Assembly: GCA_963771355.1 (NCBI GenBank)
Contig: CAVYTA010000006.1
Coordinates: forward strand, 480,001-544,000
DNA from: an uncultured Candidatus Rokubacteria bacterium
GTDB lineage: Bacteria; Methylomirabilota; Methylomirabilia; Rokubacteriales; CSP1-6
DNA length: 64,000 nucleotides
Reading direction: 5' to 3'
Shown here in pieces: positions 30,949 through 42,095 of this stretch (position 1 is the stretch's first letter; the number at the start of each line of letters is the position of its first letter). The position numbers and the translations under genes are program-made. The notes under the pieces were generated by a model. The model made no database searches. It was not told the DNA's origin and worked only from the letters and a program-made list of their open reading frames with translations.

Positions 30949-32350
30949 ACATCCGACGAGTGATCGCGCCGAGGGCGTCGTAGGCGGCGTACTTGTACGC
31001 GTCGCCCAGGCTCGGGTAGTTGAACACCGCGTCCACGAAGGCGTCGATGGTGCCGCCCGCCTGCATCACCATGAGGCCCACGTGCACCAGCTCGGCGGCG
31101 CCCTCTCCCACGATGTGCACGCCGATGAGGGCGCGGGTGTCGGGATCGACGAGGAGCTTCACCTGGCCGGTGAGCTCCCCCATGATCTGACCGCGCGCAT
31201 TGCCGCCGAACTGCGCCCGCCCCACGCAGTAGGGAAGATTGCGCTCCCGGCACGTCTCCTCGGTCTCGCCCACCATCGACACCTCGGGGATGGTGTAGAT
31301 CGCCAGCGGATAGATGCGCGCCACCGCCGTCTTGTACCTGAGGTCGAAGGCGTGGCACACGCCCACGCGCGCCTGCTCCATGGAGGTCGCGGCCAGCGCG
31401 GGGAAGCCGATCACGTCCCCCGCCGCATAGATGTGGGGAACCACCGTCTGGTAGTGCTCGTTGACCGGGATATGCCCGCGATCGTCCACCGTCACGCCGA
31501 CGCGCTCGAGCCCGAGCCCCGCGGTGGCGCCGAGGCGGCCCGCGGCGACCAGTACCGCGTCCACCTCGAGGAGATCCCCCCGCCTGAGGGTGAGCCGCAC
31601 CGCGTCCTCGTCCGCGGCCGCCGACGTCACCCCGTCGAACAGCGCCAGCCGCACGCCGAGGAGCTGCATCTGCATGCGCAGGCGGTCCGCGGTCTCGGCG
31701 TCGAGGAAATCGAGCAGCCGCGCCCGCCCGTCGATGAGATGGACCTCGATCCCCAGCGCGGCGAAGATGCAGGCGTACTCGCACCCGATGCCCCCCGCGC
31801 CGATCACCGCCAGTCGGCGGGGCAGGCGGCTCATGGCGAGGATGGAGTCGCTGTCGTAGAAGCGCGGGTCGTCGATGGGAAGGTCTCGTCCGCGGTTGGG
31901 CACCGAGCCGGTGGCGACCAGGATCACGGGAGCGGTGAGGCGGGTGTCGTCCCCGGTGTCCCCCGCCACCCGCACGGTGTGCGCATCCTCGAAGGAGGCG
32001 GTGCCGCGGACGAGGTCGATGCCGTGCGCGATCACGTTGCGGTCCACCACCGCGCGCAACGAGGCGACCACATCGCGCTCGCGGTGCATGAAGTGCCCCA
32101 CGGTGAGGTTGTCCTCGAGGGTGTAATCCACGCCGTACAGACCGCGCTGGCGGATCCCCGAGTAGTAGAGCGCGGTCTCGCGCAGGGTCTTGGACGGCAC
32201 CGTGCCCGTATTGATGCCGGCCCCGCCCAGATGCGGCGCCCGCTCGACGAGCGCCACCCGCCGGCCGAAGTACGCGGCCTGGGCCGCGCCCTTCTCGCCG
32301 GCCGGCCCCGAGCCGATGACGATCAGATCGTATTCCCGCACCGTTGCCAC
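30926..32350 (-). CDS. sthA: Soluble pyridine nucleotide transhydrogenase
   Basis: [16 protein letters not shown] without a redox Cxxxx[31 protein letters not shown]. Confidence 0.88.
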   Translation of the reverse strand: MATVREYDLIVIGSGPAGEKGAAQAAYFGRRVALVERAPHLGGAGINTGTVPSKTLRETALYYSGIRQRGLYGVDYTLEDNLTVGHFMHRERDVVASLRAVVDRNVIAHGIDLVRGTASFEDAHTVRVAGDTGDDTRLTAPVILVATGSVPNRGRDLPIDDPRFYDSDSILAMSRLPRRLAVIGAGGIGCEYACIFAALGIEVHLIDGRARLLDFLDAETADRLRMQMQLLGVRLALFDGVTSAAADEDAVRLTLRRGDLLEVDAVLVAAGRLGATAGLGLERVGVTVDDRGHIPVNEHYQTVVPHIYAAGDVIGFPALAATSMEQARVGVCHAFDLRYKTAVARIYPLAIYTIPEVSMVGETEETCRERNLPYCVGRAQFGGNARGQIMGELTGQVKLLVDPDTRALIGVHIVGEGAAELVHVGLMVMQAGGTIDAFVDAVFNYPSLGDAYKYAAYDALGAITRRMSTPRSGR

Positions 32351-32396
32351 GCGGTATGACTAGCATCCGCCCCGCCGCCCCCGCAACACGGTTTTC

Positions 32397-32426
32397 TTGA
32401 CCGGAAGGGGCGAGGGGCCGCATCCT
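32397..32426 (+). promoter_or_regulatory. sigma70-type promoter, probably leaderless transcript
   Basis: TTGACC-18nt-CATCCT then 6 nt to the ATG at 32433. Confidence 0.5.
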
Positions 32427-32432
32427 GAACCC

Positions 32433-33380
32433 ATGCCCCCCACGCCGCTGCCGCCCCGGGAGCTTTCCCAGCGGCTGGCCGCCAATATCGGCCGGGTCAT
32501 GAAAGGACAGCCGGCCGCCATCCGGAAGCTCCTGGCCGCCTTCGCGAGCGGCGGCCACGTGCTCCTCGACGACTTTCCCGGCACCGGCAAGACCACCCTG
32601 GCCAAGGCGCTGGCCCGCTCCATCGGCGCCCAGTTCAAGCGGGTGCAGTTCACCCCCGACCTCTTGCCGTCGGACATCCTGGGCGTATCGATCTTCGATC
32701 AGCGGGACCAGGCCTTTCACTTCCACCGCGGGCCCATCTTCACCGACATTCTCCTCGCCGACGAGATCAACCGCGCCTCCCCCCGCACCCAGTCCGCGTT
32801 GCTCGAGGCCATGGCGGAAGGCCAGATCAGCGTGGACGGCACCACCTATCGCCTCGAGTCGCTGTTCTTCGTCATCGCCACCCAGAATCCGGTGGAGTTC
32901 CGCGGCACCTATCCGCTGCCGGAAGCGCAGATGGACCGCTTCGCGCTGCAGTTCGGGCTCGGCTACGTGGCGCCGGACGACGAGGTGGCCATTCTCTCGG
33001 ACCAGGAGCGCGGCCATCCCATCGACGAGATCGGGCCCTGTCTCGGCATCGACGACGTGGTGGGCCTGCGGCGCCGCGCGGGGGAGATCCGCATCAGCGT
33101 GGAGCTGAAGCGGTACGTGGTGGACCTCGTGCAGGCGACGCGCACCGTGGCCGGCGTCTCGCTGGGGGCGAGCCCGCGCGCGTCCCTGGCGCTCATGAAG
33201 GCGGCGCAGGCGCTCGCGCTGCTCGACGGACTGGACTTCGTCACGCCCGAGCACATCCAGGAGATCGCGGTCTCGGTGATCGCGCACCGGATGGTGGTGG
33301 ACTCGCAGGCGCGCTTCACCGGCGTCACCCCGCAGGGCATCGTGGAGGAGATCGTCAAGACCCTGCCGGTGCCCGCCTAG
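32433..33380 (+). CDS. MoxR-family AAA+ ATPase
   Basis: GHVLLDDFPGTGKT, RVQFTPDLLPSD, LADEINRA, ATQNPVE..GTYPLPEAQMDRF. Confidence 0.95.
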   Translation: MPPTPLPPRELSQRLAANIGRVMKGQPAAIRKLLAAFASGGHVLLDDFPGTGKTTLAKALARSIGAQFKRVQFTPDLLPSDILGVSIFDQRDQAFHFHRGPIFTDILLADEINRASPRTQSALLEAMAEGQISVDGTTYRLESLFFVIATQNPVEFRGTYPLPEAQMDRFALQFGLGYVAPDDEVAILSDQERGHPIDEIGPCLGIDDVVGLRRRAGEIRISVELKRYVVDLVQATRTVAGVSLGASPRASLALMKAAQALALLDGLDFVTPEHIQEIAVSVIAHRMVVDSQARFTGVTPQGIVEEIVKTLPVPA

Positions 33381-33396
33381 CCGCGGCGGGGTCGCG

Positions 33397-34749
33397 ATGC
33401 GGCGGCTCCTCTTCCAGGCGTTTCGGGCCACCTGGGTGGTGCAGCACTGGATGACCCGACGCTTCACCGCCGCGGGCTTCCTGGTGCTGGCGGGCATTCT
33501 CGCCGCGTCGGTGGTGGGGCTCGACACCAACCGGACGCTCGCCTACCAGGCCTTCACCTTCCTGGTGACGCTGCTCGTGGCCGCGCTCCTGGCGAGCCTG
33601 ACCTTCCGGGGCCGCTTCAGCGTGCGGCGGGTGATGCCGCGCTTCGGGACGGCGGGGGAGGCGCTGGCGTACCGCGTCTTCATTCGAAACGACGGGCCGC
33701 GCCCGCTGCGGGGCCTCACGCTCCTGGAGGACACCGCCGATCCGCGCCCCTCGCTGGCGGCGTTTCTGGCCGCGCGCGAGCCGGGCGAGGAGCGCCGCAA
33801 CTGGTTCGACCGCACGGTGGGCTATCCGCGCTGGATGTGGCTCATCGGGCAGCGTCAGGGCGCGCCGGCGGGGGAGCGGCCCCTGCCGCCGCTGCTGCCG
33901 GGCGTGGAGGCGGAGACGCGGGTGGAGACGGTGCCCGCGCGCCGCGGCCGGCTCAGCCTGGTGGGCATGACCATCGCGCGGGCCGATCCCTTCGGACTCT
34001 TCCGCGGCTTCGTGCGAGTCGCCGCGCCGCAGTCCGTGCTCGTGCTGCCGCGCCGCTACCCCGTGCCCGATCTCGACCTGCCCGGCAATCGGCGCTACCA
34101 GCACGGCGGCGTGGCCCTGGCCGCGTCGGTGGGCGACTCGGAGGAGTTCGCCTCGCTGCGGGACTACCGGCCGGGCGACCCGCTGCGCCGGATCCACTGG
34201 CGGAGCTGGGCGCGCGTGGCGCGTCCCATCGTGAAGGAGTTCCAGGACGAGTTCTTCGTCCGCCACGCGCTCGTGCTCGATACCTTCGCGGGCGCGGGCG
34301 CCGGCGCGGCCGAGATCTTCGAGGAGGCGGTGTCGGTGGCGGCGTCGTTCGCGGTGGCCATCCCCCGCCAGGACTCGCTGCTCGATCTCATGTTCGTGGG
34401 TCCGGAGGCCTACTGCTTCACCGCGGGCCGCGGGCTCGCCCACGCCGACCGCATGCTGGAGGTGCTGGCGGGCGTCGAGCCCTGCGCGGGCCGACCGTTC
34501 CGCGTGCTCCGCGACTCGGTGCTGCAGCGGCAGGGGGAGCTCTCCGGCGCCATCTGCGTGCTCCTGGACTGGGACGACGAGCGCCGCGCCCTGGTACACG
34601 CCCTGCGCGCGCTCGGGGTGCCCACCCTGGCCCTGCTGGTGACCCGCGCGGGGGAGCAGGACGCGGGGACCGAGACCGCCGCCGACGCGGCGCTCGCGCC
34701 CCACCGGCTGGTGGCGGGGCACATCGCCGAGGGCCTCGCCCGCCTATGA
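33397..34749 (+). CDS. DUF58 domain membrane protein
   Basis: DPFGLF, LRDYRPGDPLRRIHWRSWAR; follows MoxR. Confidence 0.9.
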   Translation: MRRLLFQAFRATWVVQHWMTRRFTAAGFLVLAGILAASVVGLDTNRTLAYQAFTFLVTLLVAALLASLTFRGRFSVRRVMPRFGTAGEALAYRVFIRNDGPRPLRGLTLLEDTADPRPSLAAFLAAREPGEERRNWFDRTVGYPRWMWLIGQRQGAPAGERPLPPLLPGVEAETRVETVPARRGRLSLVGMTIARADPFGLFRGFVRVAAPQSVLVLPRRYPVPDLDLPGNRRYQHGGVALAASVGDSEEFASLRDYRPGDPLRRIHWRSWARVARPIVKEFQDEFFVRHALVLDTFAGAGAGAAEIFEEAVSVAASFAVAIPRQDSLLDLMFVGPEAYCFTAGRGLAHADRMLEVLAGVEPCAGRPFRVLRDSVLQRQGELSGAICVLLDWDDERRALVHALRALGVPTLALLVTRAGEQDAGTETAADAALAPHRLVAGHIAEGLARL

Positions 34750-36761
34750 CGCCCGTCCAGGCTCCGCCCCCGCTGCTGCTGGCGCTGGCGCTGACCTTCT
34801 GGGGATGGCAGACGGGTCTCTGGCCGGCGGCCGTCGTGATGGTCGCGATCGTGGAGGGGGCGCGCGTCGTCCCCTGGCGCTGGGACCTGGCGCGCGCCGA
34901 CTTCAACCGCGTCTCCGACCTCTGCAGCCTCATCCTCGTGGGACTGGTCGTGTATCTCGGGGCCACCACCGATGCTCCGCGGGTGCTCACCCTGATCTTC
35001 CAGTGGTTCCCCCTGGTGGCGCTACCGCTCCTGCTGGCGCAGCTCTACAGCACGGCCGGCAGGGTGGACCCCCGCATCTTTCTCTGGAGCCAGCGCAAGA
35101 AGGCCGACGCGGAGGGCACCCCGCCGGCCCACACGGTGGACCTGTCCTACCCGTACTTCGTGATCTGCATCCTCGCCGCGAGCGCCGCGAACGCGCGCGG
35201 GGCGGGCTTCTACGTGGGCGCCTGCGCGCTGGCCGCCGCCGCGCTCTGGAGCGTGCGGGCGCGCGAGCGCTCGCCGCTCGTCTGGGGCGCGCTCCTGCTG
35301 GGGGTGGCGCTGGTGGGGTGGGGCGGGCACGTGGGATTGCACCGCGCGCAGCGGGTCATCGAGTCGGCGGCGCTGGAGTGGCTGGCGGACTGGCTGCGGC
35401 GGGACACCGATCCCTTCCGGAGCAGCACCGCGCTGGGGTCCATCGGGCGGCTCAAGCTGTCCGACCGGATCGTGCTGCGGGTGCAGCCGGGCCCGGGCGT
35501 GAAGACGCCGCTCTTGCTCCGCGAGGCGAGCTACAACGCCTTCTCCATGCCCGCCTGGCTCGCCGTGGACGCGGGCTTCTCGGCGGTGCAGCCCGAGGCC
35601 GACGGCACCACCTGGAAGCTGGGGGCGGGGAGCCCGCCCGAGACCCAGGTGACCGTGTCCGCGCCGCTCCGCCGTGGCCGCGGCGTGCTCCCGCTTCCCG
35701 GAGGCGTCTTCGAGATCGATCGCCTCGCGGTCGTGCACGTGGAGCGGAACCGGCTCGGCGCGGTGAAGGTGGACGAGGGGCTGGGCCTGGTGACCTACGC
35801 CGCGCGGGTCACCTCCCGCTCGGTGCTCGACGAGACGCCGACCGAGGCCGATCTCACCCTGCCCATTCCCGACGGGGCGCTCGTCAGCCGCGTCGCCCGC
35901 GATCTCGGGCTGGGAAGCCTGCCCGCGGAGGAGGCGCTGACGCGCGTGCGGGCGTACTTCCGCGACAATTTCCGCTACTCGCTCTATCGGGCCCCGCCCG
36001 ACGGCGAGATGTCCGCCCTCGACGACTTCCTCAACCGCTCGCGGGCGGGCCACTGCGAGTACTTCGCCACCGCCACCGTGCTGCTGCTGCGTGCGGCCGA
36101 CATTCCGGCCCGCTACGCCACCGGCTATTCGGTGCAGGAGTGGAGTCCGCTGGAGCGGACCTGGGTGGTGCGGATGCGCCACGCGCACTCCTGGGCCCTG
36201 GCCTGGGTGGATGGCGCCTGGCGCGACGTGGACTCCACGCCGTCCGGCTGGGCCGAGACGGAAGCCTTCGGCGCCTCGATGTGGCAGCCGGTCAAGGATC
36301 TCTGGGCCTGGGGGATGCACGCCTTCGAGCAATGGCGCTACGGCGACCGCCGCGGTGGGGCGACGACCTGGCTCGCCTGGCTCCTCATCCCGCTGAGCCT
36401 CATCCTCGTCTGGCGGCTCTTCTTCCGTCGCCGCGAACGGCGGGCCGGTGCGCCACGCCGGGGCGGGGACGCGGCGCGGGTCTTCGGGGGAGCGGACTCG
36501 GAGTTCTACGCCGTCGAGCGGCGGCTCGGGGCGCTGGGGCTCACGCGCGCGCCCGCGGAAGCGGCCGGCCGCTGGCTCGAGCGCATCGGCGAGCAGGCGC
36601 CGGTGGCGGGATCGAGCGCGGCGCTCGAGCGCCTGCTCGCTCTCCACTACCGTTATCGATTCGATCCCGAGGGGCTCCCCGCGGCCGATCGCGCGAGGCT
36701 CCGCGCGGATGCCCTCGCCTGGCTCGCCGAGCACGCCGAGCACGCCGAGACGCGTCGCTAG
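34746..36761 (+). CDS. Membrane transglutaminase-like protein (TgpA-like)
   Basis: ATGA-coupled start MTPVQAPP; multi-TM N-terminus; GHCEYFA, HSWA, DSTP Cys-His-Asp triad. Confidence 0.88.
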   Translation: MTPVQAPPPLLLALALTFWGWQTGLWPAAVVMVAIVEGARVVPWRWDLARADFNRVSDLCSLILVGLVVYLGATTDAPRVLTLIFQWFPLVALPLLLAQLYSTAGRVDPRIFLWSQRKKADAEGTPPAHTVDLSYPYFVICILAASAANARGAGFYVGACALAAAALWSVRARERSPLVWGALLLGVALVGWGGHVGLHRAQRVIESAALEWLADWLRRDTDPFRSSTALGSIGRLKLSDRIVLRVQPGPGVKTPLLLREASYNAFSMPAWLAVDAGFSAVQPEADGTTWKLGAGSPPETQVTVSAPLRRGRGVLPLPGGVFEIDRLAVVHVERNRLGAVKVDEGLGLVTYAARVTSRSVLDETPTEADLTLPIPDGALVSRVARDLGLGSLPAEEALTRVRAYFRDNFRYSLYRAPPDGEMSALDDFLNRSRAGHCEYFATATVLLLRAADIPARYATGYSVQEWSPLERTWVVRMRHAHSWALAWVDGAWRDVDSTPSGWAETEAFGASMWQPVKDLWAWGMHAFEQWRYGDRRGGATTWLAWLLIPLSLILVWRLFFRRRERRAGAPRRGGDAARVFGGADSEFYAVERRLGALGLTRAPAEAAGRWLERIGEQAPVAGSSAALERLLALHYRYRFDPEGLPAADRARLRADALAWLAEHAEHAETRR

Positions 36762-36769
36762 GGGCGCGG

Positions 36770-38230
36770 CTATGCCAGATCGGTCAGCAGTCCCGCGGTG
36801 GTCCGCATTCCCTGGAAGAGATGGTCCAGCCGCAGGTGCTCGTTGGGTGCGTGCTGACGGTTGTTCGCGTTCGCGTAGGGAACGACCAGGGTCGGCAGCC
36901 GGAGGATGTCGGTGAAGGCGAAGAGCGGCACGCTACCGCCGAGGGTGGGCAGCAGCACCGCGCGCTCGCCGCCATGCGCCCGCTCCACGGCGCTGATCAC
37001 CTCCCGGCTCAGCGGAAGGTCCAGCGGCGTCTTCGCGGGATCGTAGCCTCCCTTGGAGATGACCCGGACGGCGCGGCCGCGGAGGGCGTCGGGGAGGGGC
37101 TCCTCGGGAGATTCGAGCACGGTGAAGCCCTGGCCGCGGATGTGCTCGATGATGCGGCGGTACACGCTGTCCACCGTCTGGTTCTTCACCAGGCGCACGT
37201 CGAAGAGCACGGTGGCCCGGTGCGGGATGATGGTGTTCGCTTCCTTCCCGAGAAAGCCGGACTGCAATCCTCGAATGGTCAGCGTGGGGTGGAACATGAG
37301 CCGCTCGAGGAGATCGGCGGGCATGCCCACGCCGAGGTCCCGCTCGAGCGCGGGGATGTCCATGGGGATGTCGGCCATCAGCCGCCGCTCGGCCGCGGTG
37401 GGCAGCAGCACGTCCTCCTCGAGGCCCTCGATGAGCGGGGTGCCGTCGGGGGTGGCCATGGACGAGAGCAGGCCGTTGAGCCGCCAGGCCGCGTTGGGGA
37501 CCACGAAGTTGCCCGAGTGCACGTCCCGCCGCGCCGACTCCAGCACCAGCTCGATCTTGAGATTGCCGCGAGCGCCGCCGGAGACGGTGGGGCGGCCGCT
37601 GGCATGCTTGGGCCCGTCGGTGACGAGGACGACATCGGCGGCGAGCAGCTCGCGGTGCTTGTCGGTGAACGGTCCGAAGAAGGGGCTGCCGATCTCCTCC
37701 TCCCCGTCGAAGATGAACTTCACGTTCACGCGCGGGGCGATGCCCACCGCGTCCATGAGCGCGAGGGCTTCCAGGTGCGCCCAGATCGGCCCCTTGTCGT
37801 CGGACGCGCCGCGCGCGTAGAGCCGGTGCGCGGGCAGGGCCTCGGGCGGGACGGAGGCGAAGGGCACGATGGCGGCGCCGTCCTCGGCCGGGCCCGCGCG
37901 CAGCACGGGCTCCAGCGGCGAGGGCTGGAGCCACCCGTCGGGCGGGATGGGCTTGGTGTCGTAGTGGCAGTAGATGAGGACGGTACGCCGGGCCCCCGGC
38001 ACGCGCCGCTCGCCGAAGACGGCGGGGGCGCCGCCCGTCTCCAGCACGCGGGCGTCGAGGCCGCGGCCGGCCATGTGGCGAGCCAGCCACTCGCCGCAGG
38101 CGCGCACGCGCTCGGGCTCCTGGCTCACGCTCTCGAGGCGGAGAAAGTCGATGAAGCCGGCCACGAGGTCGCGGCGGCGCTCCGCGAGCCGGCGGTCGAA
38201 GGCAGTCCAGTCGAGCGTGGGTGGGGTCAT
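36770..38230 (-). CDS. M20/M25/M40 family metallopeptidase
   Basis: YCHYD, ARGASDDKG, DGEEEIGS, HSGN, QHAPNE. Confidence 0.92.
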   Translation of the reverse strand: MTPPTLDWTAFDRRLAERRRDLVAGFIDFLRLESVSQEPERVRACGEWLARHMAGRGLDARVLETGGAPAVFGERRVPGARRTVLIYCHYDTKPIPPDGWLQPSPLEPVLRAGPAEDGAAIVPFASVPPEALPAHRLYARGASDDKGPIWAHLEALALMDAVGIAPRVNVKFIFDGEEEIGSPFFGPFTDKHRELLAADVVLVTDGPKHASGRPTVSGGARGNLKIELVLESARRDVHSGNFVVPNAAWRLNGLLSSMATPDGTPLIEGLEEDVLLPTAAERRLMADIPMDIPALERDLGVGMPADLLERLMFHPTLTIRGLQSGFLGKEANTIIPHRATVLFDVRLVKNQTVDSVYRRIIEHIRGQGFTVLESPEEPLPDALRGRAVRVISKGGYDPAKTPLDLPLSREVISAVERAHGGERAVLLPTLGGSVPLFAFTDILRLPTLVVPYANANNRQHAPNEHLRLDHLFQGMRTTAGLLTDLA

Positions 38231-38277
38231 GGCGCCGAGAATACCCGGATTCGCGCGATGGAGGTAGCATCAGCTCC

Positions 38278-38703
38278 ATGACGCGGGAAAAGCCGCCGGG
38301 CAAGACCTGGGACGTCTGGATCGAGCAGCTCATCCACGAGGCCAAGGACGCGGGGGAGTTCGATCACCTCGAGGGAAAGGGCAAGCCCATCCCCGGCGTG
38401 GAGGCGCCCTACGATCCCGACTGGTGGGTGAAGAAGCTCCTGGCGCGGGAGAAGGTCTCCATGTTGCCGCCGTCGCTGGAGCTGCTCCGGAAGGTCGAGG
38501 CGGAGCTGGCCAGGATCTGGGCCGCGCGCCGCGAGGACGACGTGCGCGCGCGGGTGCAGGCGCTGAACGCGGAGATCGCTCGGGTCAACGCGCGGGTGGT
38601 CGCGGGGCCGCCCACGCGTCTGGCTCCGCTGGACGCGGACGGCGTGGTGCAGGAGTGGCGGGCCCGCCGGGCCCCGCCGCCTGACGCCGCGCGCCCGGCC
38701 TAG
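38278..38703 (+). CDS. DUF1992 (DnaJ-associated) domain protein
   Basis: IEQLIHEA..AGEFDHLEGKGKP, DPDWW, LPPSLEL. Confidence 0.85.
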   Translation: MTREKPPGKTWDVWIEQLIHEAKDAGEFDHLEGKGKPIPGVEAPYDPDWWVKKLLAREKVSMLPPSLELLRKVEAELARIWAARREDDVRARVQALNAEIARVNARVVAGPPTRLAPLDADGVVQEWRARRAPPPDAARPA

Positions 38704-39548
38704 GTCTCGCGGCTGGCGCCCTGCACCCCGCGCAGCCGGGGGTCGAGCAGATCCCGGAGGCCGTCCCCGAAGAGATTGAGGCCGAGAATGCTCGCCATGA
38801 TGGCGGCGCCGGGGAAGAGGGTCAGCCACGGCGCCTGCTGGAGATACGATCGCCCTTCCGAGAGCACATTGCCCCAGGACGGGATCTGGGGCGGGACGCC
38901 CACGCCGAGGAAGGACAGCGCGGCCTCGCCCAGCACGGCGGCGGCGAAGATGAAGGTGCCCTGCACGATGACGGGCGAGATGCAGTTGGGCAGGATGTGC
39001 AGCGCCACGATGCGGGCATCCCCGATGCCCAGGGCCCGCGCCGCCTCCACGTAGGACGTCTCGCGGATCACGAGGACGGAGCCGCGCACGATGCGCGCCA
39101 CCCGCGGCACGTAGACCACCCCCAGCGCCACGATCACGTTGACCACGCTGGGACCCAGGGAAGCCATGAGCGCGATGGCGAGGATGATCCCGGGAAAGGC
39201 CATGAGCCCGTCCATGAAGCGCATGAGCACGTTGTCCATGGCCCGGTAGTAGCCCCCCAGCAGGCCGACGGTGAGGCCACCCAGGAAGGACAGCACCATC
39301 ACCGAGCCGCCCACCACCATGGACAGCCGCGCCCCGTAGATCACGCGGCTCCACGCGTCGCGGCCCACGTGGTCGGTGCCGAACCAGTGCTCGCCGGTGG
39401 GGCGCGCCAGGCGCGACTTGACGTCGAGCATCTGCGGATCCACCCGCGCGATGAGGGGTGCGCCCAGCGCCACCAGCACGTTCAGCGCCACCAGGACGGC
39501 GCCGATCACCGCGCTGCGCCGGCGGAGGAATACGCGGAGCTCGCGCAT
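38700..39548 (-). CDS. Peptide/nickel ABC transporter permease (DppC/OppC type)
   Basis: GTDHVGRD, YVEAARALG, EAALSFLG, GDGLRDLLDP. Confidence 0.93.
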   Translation of the reverse strand: MRELRVFLRRRSAVIGAVLVALNVLVALGAPLIARVDPQMLDVKSRLARPTGEHWFGTDHVGRDAWSRVIYGARLSMVVGGSVMVLSFLGGLTVGLLGGYYRAMDNVLMRFMDGLMAFPGIILAIALMASLGPSVVNVIVALGVVYVPRVARIVRGSVLVIRETSYVEAARALGIGDARIVALHILPNCISPVIVQGTFIFAAAVLGEAALSFLGVGVPPQIPSWGNVLSEGRSYLQQAPWLTLFPGAAIMASILGLNLFGDGLRDLLDPRLRGVQGASRET

Positions 39549-39549
39549 G

Positions 39550-40494
39550 CTAGCGGAACCGGATGCGCGGGTCGATGGCCAGGTAGGCCAGGTCCACGAG
39601 CAGGTTGATGGCGGTATACGTGAGCGCGATGAGCAGCACCACGCCCTGGACCACGGGATAGTCCCGGCGGAGGACGGCGGAGATGATGAGGCGGCCGAGC
39701 CCCGGGATATTGAACACCGTCTCGATGACCACCGCGCCGCCCACCAGGAGCGCGAAGGTGATGCCGATCACGGTCAGGGTGGGGATGATGGCGTTCTTGA
39801 GCGCGTGCTTGTAGATCACGACGCGCTCGGACAGGCCCTTGGAGCGCCCGGCGAGGATGTACTGCTCGCGCAGCACGTCGAGCATGCTGGACCGCGTGAT
39901 CCGCGCGATGAGGGCCGACTGGACGAGGCCCAGCGCCAGCGCGGGCATGATGAGGGAGCGCAGGTTCAGCCAGAGCCCGCCCTCCAGCGGGACATAGCCG
40001 GCCACCGGCAGCCAGCCCAGCCAGACCCCGAAGCAGAGGATCATGAGCAGGCCGAGCAGGAAGTTGGGGATCGAGAGCCCGATCAGGGCGAACGCCATGA
40101 GCGACTGGTCCACGGTGGTGTTGTGATAGCGGGCGGAGATGACGCCCGCGGGCAGGCCCACCGCTACCGCCACCAGCATGGACCACGCGGTGAGGAGGAG
40201 CGTGGGCTCCAGCCGCTCGAAGATGGCCTCCAGCACCGGCCGGCGGAGGAAGATCGAGTCGCCGAGGTCGCCGCGGGCGAGGCGGCCCCACCACTTGACG
40301 AGCTGCACGGGCAGCGGCTGATCGAGCCCGAGCGACCGCTGGAGCCGGGCGATGTCGTCGCCGGTGGCGTAGGGCCCGGCGATCACGCTGGCGGGATCGC
40401 CGGGCGCCAGGCGAATGAGGATGAACGACACCGTCGCCACCACGAGCATGACCGGGATGACAGCCAGCAGGCGGCGGACGACATAGACGCCCAC
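39550..40494 (-). CDS. Peptide/nickel ABC transporter permease (DppB/OppB type)
   Basis: PGDPA, GDLGDS, RSSMLDVL, KHALKNA, DPRIR. Confidence 0.93.
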   Translation of the reverse strand: MGVYVVRRLLAVIPVMLVVATVSFILIRLAPGDPASVIAGPYATGDDIARLQRSLGLDQPLPVQLVKWWGRLARGDLGDSIFLRRPVLEAIFERLEPTLLLTAWSMLVAVAVGLPAGVISARYHNTTVDQSLMAFALIGLSIPNFLLGLLMILCFGVWLGWLPVAGYVPLEGGLWLNLRSLIMPALALGLVQSALIARITRSSMLDVLREQYILAGRSKGLSERVVIYKHALKNAIIPTLTVIGITFALLVGGAVVIETVFNIPGLGRLIISAVLRRDYPVVQGVVLLIALTYTAINLLVDLAYLAIDPRIRFR

Positions 40495-40500
40495 GGGGAG

Positions 40501-42070
40501 TTATTTCGCGAGCCAGACGTTCCAGAAGTAGAGGTAGGGCAAATTCTGGAACCCGCGCAGATCCTTGCGCGTGACCGAGAAGGTGGAAATAGTCGCCGAA
40601 CTTCACCCGCCCCACGTCCTCGTAGAAGACGGCCTGGAGCCGCTCGATCTGGGCCTTGCGCTTCTTGGGGTCGGTCTCGCGGAGCATCTCGCCCAGGATC
40701 CGCTCCTTCTCCTCGTGGCACCAGCAGCCCGGCCAGTTGCACTGCACGGAGGTGGCCAGGGCGGGGTCGGCGTTCAGCGTGAACCCGGTCGAGAAGATGT
40801 CGAACAGCTCCGGCTTGTTGCGCCGCTGCACGAGGGTGGCCCAGTCGAGCACCTGGAGATCCACCGTGAAGCCGGCCGCCTCCATCTGCTGCTTGGCCAC
40901 CAGCGAGGTGTTGTACATCCAGTCGTATTCCTTGGTGGTGATCCATCGCACGGGCTCGCCCTTGTAGCCGGCCTCCTTGAGCAAGGCGCGCGCCTTGGCG
41001 GGATTCTTCTGGTTGTAGCCGGTGACGCCGCCCTGGGAGTGGAAGGCGGTCTGCTCGGGATAGAAGAGCGCGCCGTCGATCCGGTAGAAGGCCTTGTTGC
41101 CGATACCCGCCGCCATGATGGGATCCATGTCCAGCGCCGCGAGGAAGGCCTGGCGCACCTTCTTGTTCGCCATCACGCCCTGCTTGTGGTTCGGCACCGC
41201 GGTGATCCAGCCGTAGGGCTTGACCACGCCGCGGCTCGAGCGCGGGGAGTGCCCTTGACGCGGTCGTACTGGTCCGCCTTGATCTGCTGGGCAAAGTGGT
41301 ACTCGCCGGTCTCCACGCCGGCCAGCCGCACCGCCTCGTCGGGGACGGGGATGAACAGGATCTCGTCCGCATAGGCGGTCCGCTTGCCCCCGTAACCTCC
41401 GTCGGGAGCGTCCGTGCGCGCGGAGTACTCCTTGAAGCGCGCCACCTTGATGTGCCGGTCGGGCTTGTGCTCGACGAACCGGTAGGGCCCGGTGCCGATG
41501 AACTCCTTGATCTGTCCCTCGCCCGCGGCGGCCATGACCTCCTTGGGATAGATGGCGGCGCCGTTGTTCGGGCTGCCGAGCCCGTAGAGCAGGGACCCCG
41601 ACGGCTCCTTGAGGTGGATGACCACGGTAGTAGGGGTCCTTGGCCTCGACCGCCTCCACCGTCTTCCAGAGGAGCTTGCCCGTGGTGGACATCTTCCCCC
41701 AGCGCTGGAGCGAGGGCACCACGTCGGCGGAGGTCATCTCCTTGCCGTTGTGGAACTTCACGTTCTTCCGGAGCGTGATCGTGTACCGGCGGCCGCCGTC
41801 GGCCACGGTATGGCTTTCCGCCAGCATGGGAACGGGGGTAAGGCTCTTGTCGTAGGTGTAGAGCGTCTCGTACATGTGCCAGGTGATCTGCTGCACGATC
41901 ACCGCGGTGGTCCAGTGCAGGTCGAGGGAAGGCGGCTCGCCGATCATGGCGGCCTTGATGACGCCGCCCGTGCGGGGCGCCTCCTGGGCGGAGGCGGCGC
42001 CCAGCGAGAGAGCAGCGCCCGCGGCCAGGGTGACGAGCGAGAGCAACAACGCGATGGTCATGCGCTTCAT
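40501..42070 (-). CDS. Family 5 ABC solute-binding protein (DppA-like), apparently four single-base frameshifts
   Basis: Signal peptide MKRMTIALL; LRKNVKFHNG, GTGPYRF; pieces spread over three frames (shifts near 41628, 41250, 41229, 40585); ends YFWNVWLAK-TAA. Confidence 0.85.
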
Positions 42071-42095
42071 GGGAACTCCTTTCACGTGCTGTGGG

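Noticed and set aside
40501..42070. Programmed frameshifting or phase variation in the SBP gene
   Set aside because: No slippery heptamers or long homopolymer tracts at the shift points; error is more parsimonious.
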